Assembly: GCA_010093745.1 (NCBI GenBank)
Contig: MU006015.1
Span: 73,057 to 93,056, forward strand
DNA length: 20,000 bases
Origin: Piedraia hortae CBS 480.64
Taxonomy: Eukaryota
Direction: 5' to 3'
Shown here piece after piece: positions 10,564 through 19,706 of this stretch; positions within the stretch are counted from its first letter, which is position 1, and each line of letters opens with the position of its first letter. The notes beneath the pieces are model-generated. The model was not told where the DNA came from. It saw only the letters and a program-made list of their open reading frames with translations, and searched no databases. Position numbers and translations under genes: made by a program.

Positions 10564-12082
10564 ATGTTGCAGCAGGTTATAGGCTTGTTATTCATAAAGC
10601 AGGCTGCTTCGGCAGTGCTGATGCACAACGCTTTGGCTGTGACACCCCCAATGGGATGGTAAGTTGAGGAGCATTGTCTGAGAGCCCCTTGCTTATGATA
10701 TAGGAACAATTGGAATGCCTTTGGCTGTGACGTGTCCGAGCAACTCATCCTTGACACTACCCAGCGCTTGGTGCATCTCGGGCTTCGTGATGCCGGATAT
10801 CACTATGTGGTACTGGACGACTGCTGGAGCGACGGTCGGTTTGATAACGGGACGCTGCGTCCAAATGCGACCAAGTTCCCCAATGGGATGGCCCATGTAG
10901 CTGACCGCATCCATGCCATGGGCATGGGATTTGGCATGTACAGCGACGCAGGATACTACACGTGCGCCAAGTACGTTGGCAGTCTGGGATACGAGGAACT
11001 TGATGCACAGACTTTTGCTGGCTGGGGCGTCGACTATCTCAAATATGACAATTGCTACAATGCCGGGCAATCTGGAACAGCCAATGTTTCTTACGAGCGC
11101 TACAATGTAATGTCCAAAGCACTGAATGCAACCGGCCGCCAAATGGTATATGCAATTTCCAACTGGGGTCAGGATCATCCATGGGACTGGGCATATCTCA
11201 TTGCCAACGCTTGGAGAGCAACGGGTGACATAATTGATAGCTTTGACCGTCCTGATGTTCGTTGCCCATGCGAGGAAAAGGATGGAATCGACTGTGCATT
11301 TCCTGGTTTCCATTGCAGTGTCATGAACATCATCAACAAGGTGACTTGGTTTGTTCACCGCAGCCAGCCCGGTGGCTGGAACGACATGGACATGCTTGAA
11401 GTGGGAAATGTGAGTAAGGTGAAATCATTGGATTCTTGAATGCTGACAGTCCAAGGGGGGCATGACGGACTCGGAATACAAGCTGCACATGACCATGTGG
11501 GCGGCGTTGAAATCACCTCTCACTATGGGAGCTGATATACGTAGTCTGGATGCCCAAGCATACAGCATCTACACGAATCCAGCAATCTTGGCTCTATCAC
11601 AAGACCCAGCGGGTGCGTCGGCGCAACGGCGTTGGCGAAAACGCACGCCAGAAGGCGGTGATCTGCAGATGTGGTCTGGACCTCTGAGCAGCAGCCACTA
11701 CGTAGTGGTGCTCTTGAATGCGGCTGACAGCGATGTGCGCTTCAACGTGACACTAGCCGACGTCTTTGTGGACGAGGGCGGTGCCAAGTCCCCTCAGGCT
11801 CGTTCCACGGATTGGGATGTGTTCGATCTATGGGCGAATCGCATGCCAGATGATGTAGCACAAGAGGTCATTAATGGTAACACTACGGACGTGGCCAACG
11901 CCCAGCGTTACTTGTTCAATGCGACGGCCATGAGCTTTGCCGATGGCCTTGCTAAAAACGAGCCCGTGCTTATGGGCAAATCGGTCGGGGTATGGAAGTC
12001 ACTTAGCGAATGGAGCGTTGTGGTACCACGTCACGGTGTCATGGCCTACCGCCTGCGAGCGCGTACAAGGGATGAATTGTAA
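10564..12082 (+). CDS. Glycoside hydrolase family 27 alpha-galactosidase (melibiase-like), 475 aa; exons 10564-10658, 10704-11409, 11456-12082
   Basis: Signal-peptide-like N-terminus then LAVTPPMGWNNWNAFGC. GH27 motifs VVLDDCW, VDYLKYDNC (nucleophile Asp), WRATGDI (acid/base Asp), DMDMLEVGNGGMT, W...KSPL.MG.D. Introns 10659-10703 (45 nt) and 11410-11455 (46 nt) restore the motifs in frame. Ends RTRDEL*. Confidence 0.93.
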
Positions 12083-12174
12083 ACTTAGCCGTGGCCTCTA
12101 TTCCTTGGCAGGCGGGGACATGTTGGCCAGAAGACTTTGTTACCCATTCATTTTACGTTGCTTCAATTACGCTA

Positions 12175-13420
12175 TCAAGAAATGCTTCTACCGTCAGTAC
12201 CACCTCGCAAAATGTAGTACGAGTGCTCACCTCAGCATTATACTGGCTCCCACCCCAATGGCAAGGAACTGTATCAACGTATTCCGAGTTTCGCTCCACT
12301 TGTTCGAACTTTTGGTTTCGAGTAGCTCGGGTATAACTCCTACCGTACCCACATAAAGAAAGGTGCCCGCTGTGAAGGGCAGAAGCATGTCTCCCCACGT
12401 CAGGCTTGTGCCCAGCAAGCCCGCCTGACTAGATGTGCTTGCGCTTCCACCCATCTCTTGGATGCAGATGCCAATCAAGGTGCCAAGAACGGCTCCCAAC
12501 GCCGTGACGAATTGGAGGCCCATGGCAACAGACTTGGTCATTCCCCCTTGAATCAACAAGGCAAAGTCCCCAACTTCATGAGGAATTTCATGACAAAATA
12601 CGGCCAGGGTAGTGGTAGCTCCGAGAGCTGGAGAGGCGTAAAAACTGCTAGACAAAGCTAAGCCGTCGGTGATATTATGAGTAAAGTCAGCAATGATGTT
12701 TAGGTAAGCTGATTGTTTGACCGCTTTTTCTGGAGGCTCTGGAGCAGCTACCTGGGCAGGAGGTTCCGGCTTACGGCGGCGAGCAGCCCCGTCCGCTGTG
12801 TTCACGGCGGAAGTGACAGAAGAAGCTGATTCCACCGGCCGTGGAGGTGAATGATGTTCATGACCGCCCGTTGCGATTCGCAAAGTTTTGTCCATGGCTA
12901 CAAAGGTCAAGAAGCCTCCCAAGATTGCCACTCCCAGAAGCAGATTTTTGCTTGGGTCCACTAATACAGCCTTAACCTGGCCTGGGGCCACTTCTCCAAG
13001 GAAAATCTCTGGAAGTAAGTGAAAAAGCGTATCGCCTAGTAAGCCACCGACGGCAAACGCGACCATGGTATTGAGACTCGAAGCATCAATATCTGTAGGG
13101 CAAAGTGCCAGCAACAGATTCGGAGGCCCAGAAATGTATAGAGTTCCCACCAGCGCATTCAGCGCCGGGCTGCTGAATGGGAAGAAGATGGACAGTGGTG
13201 AATCCCGCACCGGCTCGGTAGCAGCTTTATGGGAGGCAAGGGTAGTGATTATTGGGCAATTCTGCAGGGTCAGTCGACTCTGCCATAGATATCAGCCATA
13301 AACTACCTGCAGCTCCTGCTCCAGCTGGAGCTTGGAGAGAGAAGCAACATCTGGCAGTGGCTTGTCTTCAGTGGCCAGAGCAAGATACGGCAGCGCCAGC
13401 AGCATAAGCGAGGGCCTCAT
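12175..13420 (-). CDS. ZIP/LIV-1 family zinc transporter, Yke4/ZIP7-like, ~384 aa; exons 13420-13307, 13261-12231, 12184-12175
   Basis: Signal peptide MRPSLMLLALPYLALA; AFAVGGLLGDTLFHLLPE; His loop GGHEHH; LNIIADFTHNITDGLA; FCHEIPHEVGDFALL (LIV-1 HEXPHEXGD); PFTAGTFLYV. Introns 13306-13262 (45 nt, CTGAC branch, in-frame stop) and 12230-12185 (46 nt, GTGAGC..CTGAC..AAG). Confidence 0.92.
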
Positions 13421-13564
13421 TACAACTGAGTCAACTGGCCCAATGTGAAAGGCTACACTACGAAAGACATCTGATAGCTTATCAGATCGATCGAGATCAC
13501 GTGGGAAGATTCCTCTTTCGGAAGCGCGATTGTGGGACACTCAAGCTTCACATGCGTTTCTCGA
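13421..13564. promoter_or_regulatory. Very short bidirectional promoter (ZIP / DMT transporter) with a central ATCACGTG E-box
   Basis: 144 bp between divergent ATGs; ATCACGTG at 13496-13503. Confidence 0.55.
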
Positions 13565-14989
13565 ATGCCTAAATCAGCACGCAGTGCCGCGCCATCACCA
13601 TCGCAGCTCACAACCGCGGACTCGTCGGACTGGGAGCACGTCGACAACGAAGGCGCGGAGGCGGAAGAAGGGGAGACGATGCCGTCGGACCTGCGCTCGT
13701 CACCACGCCAATTCAGCCATATTCCGCTGCTGGCCGGCCACAATAAGCCTGAAGATGCAAGCCCGACCACGCGGCGGAAGAGGTCATCACGGCTGCTGGA
13801 CGAAGACCCGGCGGAGCGGGCGCGGGAGTCGACGCGCCGCCGCTACACCTACGCCGCCTGCTTCCTGGCGTTGAGCCTTGTTACATTTGCCATCCAGACG
13901 GAAACGGCCGTCTACATTCAGCACGATTTGCAGTGGAACAAGGCATATTGCATGCTGTATCTCACTCACAGCTCCTGGTCGCTGCTGTATCCCGCCCAGT
14001 TGCTGATCCTACGCTTCGGCGCGTGGCAGCAGCCGTGGCCGGCGTTTTGGCGCCGTCATCTGCAGCTTCTTCGTCAGACGGGCCAGATGGTTGAGCACCA
14101 GCGTCTTACGCTAACACCGCAGCAGCAGAAGCGGTCGCCAGTGCCGTATCTCGTGCGCACCACGGCCTATGTCGCCTGTGCCCTTACAATCGCCGGCGGT
14201 TCTTGGTACGTGGCTGTGGACTTGACAACTGCGTCGGATCTGACGGCAATCTACAACTGCTCAGCCTTTTTCGCCTACGTCTTTGCCGTTTTGATGCTGG
14301 GCGAGAAGGTCAAGCTCAGCAAAGTCGTGGCCGTGGCCGTGGCCATTGTCGGTGTGCTCGTCGTGGCGTATGGCGATAAGCATTCTACCGCAAAGCATGG
14401 CTCCAAGTCGGGCGGCGGCTCGGGCGGACCCAACGTGCCGAGCGATGACGAGGCCGAGAACCGGGCGCTGGGCAATATCATCATCGGCGGAGGCTCCATC
14501 CTGTATGGCTTCTACGAGGTCCTCTACAAGCGAGTTGCCTGTCCGCCAGAGGGCTGTTCGCCATTACGCGGCATGATCTTTGCTAATACTTTTGGCAGCA
14601 TGCTGGGCTGCTTTACCTTGCTTGTGCTGTGGATTCCAATCCCAGTACTGCACGTTCTCGGGTGGGAAACTTTTGCATTGCCGCGAGGGCAAGCCGCTTG
14701 GATGATGTTGATTTCCGTCTTGGCCAACGCAACATTTTCGGGATCCTTTCTAGTGCTCATCAGCTTGACCTCACCCGTGTTGAGCTCAGTTGCCGCCTTG
14801 CTGACCATTTTCCTCGTTGCCCTCTGTGATGCTCTACTGCCGCCGCCTCTGCACCATCGGCTTACTTCGGCTGCCATCCTCGGCGGTCTTCTGATCATGG
14901 CCGCCTTCATGTTGCTCAGCTGGGGTACCTTCCGAGAGATGGCCGAGGAGGAGAAGAAGGAGACCATCGAGATGGAAGATGACATATAG
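13565..14989 (+). CDS. Drug/metabolite transporter (EamA / SLC35F-like) membrane protein, 474 aa
   Basis: First ATG at 13565 (the track starts at an upstream GTG). Hydrophilic N-terminus then about 10 hydrophobic segments; SWYVAVDLTTASDLTAIYNCSAFFAYVF..LMLGEK, GSILYGFYEVLYKR, LISLTSPVLSSVAALLTI. Substrate not assignable. Confidence 0.85.
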   Translation: MPKSARSAAPSPSQLTTADSSDWEHVDNEGAEAEEGETMPSDLRSSPRQFSHIPLLAGHNKPEDASPTTRRKRSSRLLDEDPAERARESTRRRYTYAACFLALSLVTFAIQTETAVYIQHDLQWNKAYCMLYLTHSSWSLLYPAQLLILRFGAWQQPWPAFWRRHLQLLRQTGQMVEHQRLTLTPQQQKRSPVPYLVRTTAYVACALTIAGGSWYVAVDLTTASDLTAIYNCSAFFAYVFAVLMLGEKVKLSKVVAVAVAIVGVLVVAYGDKHSTAKHGSKSGGGSGGPNVPSDDEAENRALGNIIIGGGSILYGFYEVLYKRVACPPEGCSPLRGMIFANTFGSMLGCFTLLVLWIPIPVLHVLGWETFALPRGQAAWMMLISVLANATFSGSFLVLISLTSPVLSSVAALLTIFLVALCDALLPPPLHHRLTSAAILGGLLIMAAFMLLSWGTFREMAEEEKKETIEMEDDI

Positions 14990-15432
14990 CGCATACTTGA
15001 ACAGCCTGTATCAGTTTCTATCATTGTTGAACCGGTTTGGTCAGGGTATAGATGGCTGTTTGATTATGTCGATTCACTCTGTATTTTCGCTTCAATTTCA
15101 ATACTATCAAAGATATTGCCACGGGTGCCTACTGAATTCAAGAATCTGAGCAGCTAAGCTACAGAAAGCATCAAAGGTAGCATCTATGTATTTGAGGTAG
15201 GCGGGAATCTCTCATGCTCGCATTTCGCATGGTCGGTTCAGGATGCAAACTTTGGCCAGAAACACAGATAAAGGTTGATATCACTATGGACATCAATGCT
15301 TTGGGTATATTCTACCAAACGGTGTGCTCGTCCTGGACAAGTAATCAATGAGATTGAAAACCTTATCCAGCATAGGTGTAGGGAAATCTACTCCCAAAAC
15401 TCCACTGTTCGCGCAACAACCAGCAGAATAAT

Positions 15433-17262
15433 TTATTGCATTTGTTCGATCGACTTTATCAGATCATAGGTTATCCCAGGTGTTACAATGCTGTCGTACT
15501 TGTACTCTGGATGTTGACGGACAAATTGGCGAATGATGCGAGCCGGTGTTGGAATCGCACCACTGGCACGACCACGTATCAAGACCAAGTACTTGGTCAA
15601 CGAACAACGAGTCTCCACATCAACATTGATGCTGTCCAGATAGGATTCCACAAGGGGAACTAACCCAGGAAATCCGCCTGGCATACCGTTGATTATCTCA
15701 TCGACAGTCATGGCTTCATATTCATCCTCCACGGCGAGCTCGAACGGACCAGAAGCGAAAGGGGTTTTCCGAAAGAAAAATCGTTCCTGCAACACTGCAT
15801 CACGAGCATGAGCCCTGGACATATTTTCAGTTGTCCGCGCGATTGGGACGTAAAAGTTCAAATCGAAGCTCAGAATTGCTCGGGTAATAAGCACAACGAA
15901 GACGGAGAATGCAGCATTATCAAAGTCGCTTATTTGAATCTCCATTGGTCGCACCTCTACCCGCCAGCCAGTGTCGGTACCTGCAGGCGGCGGTTTGAAC
16001 CTCATGTGCTGCCAATTGGTGCTTTGAAGGTTTTCAAAATGATCGGCATTGAGTAGGTCCAATTCCAACAAATCCTCCCCAAAGACTACTAGCGGATCAC
16101 GAATGAATAGATGCGCGAAGTGAGTAGCCAGAAGCTCATCCATGCCCCCTTCCATCAACATGCTCTTAAGATGCTCATCCACGACAAGATCTGGATCCAA
16201 ATACTCGGGTCTGAGGCGGCTGTCTTGGGAGATGTAGGTGCTGTTGCTTGCATACCGCGACTTGGGTATACGCCACCGATCGTTGCTCCCGAGGGGCTTC
16301 TCGCCTAGTTCGCCCGGAGTTCGATCGTCCACAGATCCGCTTACTTGATTCCACCGTACATCCGTATTGACCAAGAAGCCCTTGTAGATGGGCGTGGCGG
16401 CCGTCAACGCCAAAAGAATGGGCCCTAGTGGGGAGAGTTGATCATACATGGTACGACCTTCGGCAATATTTTTAGCCTGCAAGGTGATTTGTAGGCAGCA
16501 GCTGCCCATGCCAAACGCCATGGCATCCATATAAACACAGTCCTGCAAGACAGCACCATTGCGTACATCGCTATCCTCTGGCCACTTGTGCAAATCGTAG
16601 TCCACTGTGGGATCCCACCAGGGACGAACAGTCTTCTCGTCGTGGAAGACGGGCACGTTGAGCTGCACTTTTCGTCCCCTTCGCTCGCGGATGTGAGCCG
16701 CCAAAGTTGGAAAGCGAATATGCGGGTTAGCAATCTCGTCAGGCACAAACTGGGAGCGCAGCTTTGGCCCTGACGGCGGATAATACGGCGTTATGGAGAC
16801 GCGGTCACCCAAGAGCGGGAATGTGGTCAAAGTAACCGGACACTCGGTGCTCTTCAAGTGCTTCTTGGCCAATTCCCGGCGCCATCTCATGTCTGGCTCA
16901 ACGTCGAGCAGCTCTTTACAGCCAATGCCCCAGGGTGCGCCGGGCGTAGCCTCAAGCATGAAACGACCAAACTCAGGGTGAAAGATTGGAGCCGTCTTAC
17001 CTTTTTCATCACTTGACCGGTCCTTGGCCAACGCCTGAAGGATTTCGGCTTGACGCAGCGATAAGAGAACGCGACGGTCTTGGTCAGCGAACGAAACAAC
17101 AAGGTATTCAATCTCGTCGCCCCAACGCAGCGCATCACCCTCCTTGTCTTTTGCCCGACGCCAAATGGCCAAGAGCTGCTCGATACCCCATTCCCGCACC
17201 TTGTCAGCCGCCTGTTTGGTCTCCTCCCAGTTCAGAGGGGTGCCTATGGCAAGGAGGCCCAT
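15433..17262 (-). CDS. GSH1: Glutamate-cysteine ligase catalytic subunit (gamma-glutamylcysteine synthetase), 609 aa, single ORF
   Basis: MGLLAIGTPLNW; WGDEIEY; FHPEFGRFMLEATPG; YMDAMAFGMGSCCLQIT; HFENLQSTNWQHMRFKPPP; GWRVEVRPME. Confidence 0.96.
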   Translation of the reverse strand: MGLLAIGTPLNWEETKQAADKVREWGIEQLLAIWRRAKDKEGDALRWGDEIEYLVVSFADQDRRVLLSLRQAEILQALAKDRSSDEKGKTAPIFHPEFGRFMLEATPGAPWGIGCKELLDVEPDMRWRRELAKKHLKSTECPVTLTTFPLLGDRVSITPYYPPSGPKLRSQFVPDEIANPHIRFPTLAAHIRERRGRKVQLNVPVFHDEKTVRPWWDPTVDYDLHKWPEDSDVRNGAVLQDCVYMDAMAFGMGSCCLQITLQAKNIAEGRTMYDQLSPLGPILLALTAATPIYKGFLVNTDVRWNQVSGSVDDRTPGELGEKPLGSNDRWRIPKSRYASNSTYISQDSRLRPEYLDPDLVVDEHLKSMLMEGGMDELLATHFAHLFIRDPLVVFGEDLLELDLLNADHFENLQSTNWQHMRFKPPPAGTDTGWRVEVRPMEIQISDFDNAAFSVFVVLITRAILSFDLNFYVPIARTTENMSRAHARDAVLQERFFFRKTPFASGPFELAVEDEYEAMTVDEIINGMPGGFPGLVPLVESYLDSINVDVETRCSLTKYLVLIRGRASGAIPTPARIIRQFVRQHPEYKYDSIVTPGITYDLIKSIEQMQ

Positions 17263-17545
17263 AATGGTGCGGCCTCACCTAGGGCGATCGCGTCATCGAG
17301 AAGAGATAAACATGTTTGGATTATAAATCCATAGACCCACTTGGGCATATTTGGCTTAAGCACGTGTCAAAGCCGCACTCCGATACTCTGCTCTGGCTTT
17401 GTTCAACAGCTATGACACAACGGGTCAACGACGTGACATTGCGCATTGCGATGACTTCCGAGACATCTTGGGGACTTCACAAGAATGCCCCGCAACCTGA
17501 CATTTATTTCGGTGGGTATCGTAAAGAAAACAAAGAAACATTCAC

Positions 17546-17855
17546 CTAGCCCTCCTTTGGCCGCCATTTGGGTGTTGTCTGTCCCACTTTCCCACCCATT
17601 TGCTGCTTTCGTGTAAGCTTGGCGTAATGTAAGCCGCAAGCGTTACACAGCGTACGCGCGCCGTCAGGACCCCGTCGCCATTCAGGTGTTTCGGCACGAT
17701 GGCAGCTGTGACATCGACCCGGCGGCGCGGCCCGACCACGCCGTCTCTTGCTGTCCGGCGCCGTTCGGGGCGACTGGGCGCTGCGAGATGAATCTTGAGG
17801 GTCTGACACCTTTTGCTGATACTGCTGCGAGTATGATTGTTGACGATTTTGTCGA

Positions 17856-17893
<38 letters not shown>

Positions 17894-18739
17894 CTGTTGC
17901 AGCACGATGTCTCGGAGTTTATGTAATGATGCTGCCTGGGAACGCCCAACAGCAATTATGTCATCTATCTCTCTTAATTCAGGTAACGGGGCAGGGTGAC
18001 CTGTTTGGTACAGGTGGTCGCCAAAGCGGCGTGTGAAGTCTAGCATGACTCCACTGCTGCGGTTCAGCTACGCCATATCAGCAAAGCGCAGGCACAAGGG
18101 AACAAGGCCCACTCACTTCGGCAAGGACACCTTCTAAATCAAAGGTAGCAATGTGTTGTTTGACCTGAGAGCTGTAGGCATTGAATCTCATGTCCTGGGT
18201 GTGGGGCGGCGAACTGGAACTCCATGACGGGGTCACGGGTACGGCCTGGCCGGTCGGACCGTCCACCACGCTTGACGGCGGAGTGGGTTGTGATGATTGT
18301 GTTATGGCCGAGCTGATAGGCGGTAAAGGGTCTGACAAGAGTGATGTATGAGGGAGCGGTGTGTGGGCATGAGGCAAGCGGGCAGGGCCATGAGAATATA
18401 TGTGGTGGGTTGATGGAGCTGACGGAGCCGACGGAGCCGGAGGAGCTGGAGGAGCTGACAGAGCAGAGGATAGCGGGGGAGGGGGAGGCTCCATGGGATA
18501 GCATTTTCGCCCAAGGGGCAAGGGAGATGAGGTGTCGGCGGCTAGAGCCTCTGCAATCGAGGGTAGCGAGCGACACGCCTGACGGTCTTCATATTCACCC
18601 AGGCCGGGGCGGGAAGAGGTGAGGCCGGCGGTGGCATGGCCCATGCTGAGATATGTCACGGCGGACAGGTGGGTGCTGTGGAGTTAGTAGAGTCATGGTG
18701 GCGGGGTCTGCCCACGACATACCGACGACTGTCAGTCAT
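17546..18739 (-). CDS. GATA zinc-finger transcription factor, NsdD/SUB-1-like, 365 aa; exons 18739-18723, 18675-18117, 18067-17546
   Basis: C-terminal KRRRGRAAPPGRCHSCHRAETPEWRRGPDGARTLCNACGLHYAKLTRK (CX2CX18CX2C, NsdD-type context); SLPSIAEAL motif; Pro/Ser-rich and polyQ regions. Introns 18722-18676 (47 nt, GTATGT..ACTAAC..CAG) and 18116-18068 (49 nt, GTGAGT..GCTGAT..TAG) are both in phase. Confidence 0.88.
17858..17899 (-). repeat. CAG/CAA trinucleotide repeat encoding Q14
   Basis: 14 consecutive CAG/CAA codons in the last exon of the GATA gene. Confidence 0.95.
18415..18459 (-). repeat. 9-bp coding minisatellite, 5 copies (SAP/PAP tripeptide repeat)
   Basis: + strand units ggagctgac, ggagccgac, ggagccgga, ggagctgga, ggagctgac; encodes SAPPAPPAPSAPSAP. 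Confidence 0.85.
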
Positions 18740-19561
18740 GCTATCAAGATGGTTGCTTTGCTTGTTGCGCGGCAAAGTTGAGGATGAAAGACTGACATTT
18801 GCGCCACGCGATCCTCAGCCAGGAAGGACCAAAAGTGGTGTGAGATCCCAACGGCTTCTCGCCGGGGCCTACGCGCTTAAACGGCCAATCCTGTCCGTTG
18901 GTTCGCTCCTGCTACTTACCCTATGATTTGGTGCGCCCCCTCCCATGTTGCTCTATTGCTCCGATCGGATACCGACTATATTTTGCCTTGAAACGCATCT
19001 GCCACGCACTCCAATCGATCTCGCATCATCCGGCCGCTCCGGGTCCGATGAACTGTCCTCAGCTCCTGCGCAACCGTGGCGCATAACTTGACCCCGCGTG
19101 GCATCCCCCTTTCGTCCATCCGTCTGCCCTTCTCGGCCTGCCCTTCCGTTGCCACTCGCCACTATTCCCACCTCGACGCAGCCCCGTCATCCAATCATCG
19201 TTGACCGATCTCCCCCACTTTTTTGTGAAACGTCTCTGCCTATTCTCGCGATCTCGTCCCCACCCCCACAATTCATCTCCGTCGGCCACGTGGCGGCACC
19301 GCCATTCCTCGTCTTCCAGCCCGAAATTTTGATTTGACTGCTCTCAAATTAGAAATCTCGTTTTCTCCATGATAACGTAACGGGATCGATACTGTTGTGC
19401 AGGTAGGGATATCAGGCCCGAGAGGACGGACGGCACAAGAAACGGAGCTTAGCGGTGTGCGCTACTCTATATCGCCTGCCTAAGTATTCCGGCGGAATTC
19501 AGTGGCATATTCCTCATCCCTGTCGGGGCTAAGCGGTGATTGGGCAGAAATGTGCGCTAGT

Positions 19562-19706
19562 CCAGATTGGTCACGACGTCAAGTTCCCGGCCACGTGACG
19601 TCCCCATTCGTCACCACGTCGGAATCCTGGTCACGTCAAGTCACACGTCAGATTCTTGGTCACGTGATGTCACCACTCCAGATTCTTGTTCACGTGATGG
19701 CACTCC
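19562..19706. repeat. Degenerate ~30-bp tandem repeat (about 4-5 copies) built around GGTCACGTGA
   Basis: Near-identical units CAGATTCTTGGTCACGTGATGTCACCACTC (19649-19678) and CAGATTCTTGTTCACGTGATGGCACTC (19679-19705); more diverged copies near 19563, 19582 and 19621. Confidence 0.75.

Noticed and set aside
2071..14989. A functional 'ER/secretory pathway cluster' (ERV41, RDEL-GH27, ZIP7-like, DMT transporter)
   Set aside because: The genes are interspersed with unrelated housekeeping genes (URB2, ARP2, Smr), and adjacency in a eukaryote is weak evidence without conserved synteny.
14990..15432. Possible snoRNA or other ncRNA in the DMT-GSH1 gap
   Set aside because: CTGA occurs, but I found no convincing box C/terminal stem or tRNA fold; consistent with two AT-richer 3' UTRs.
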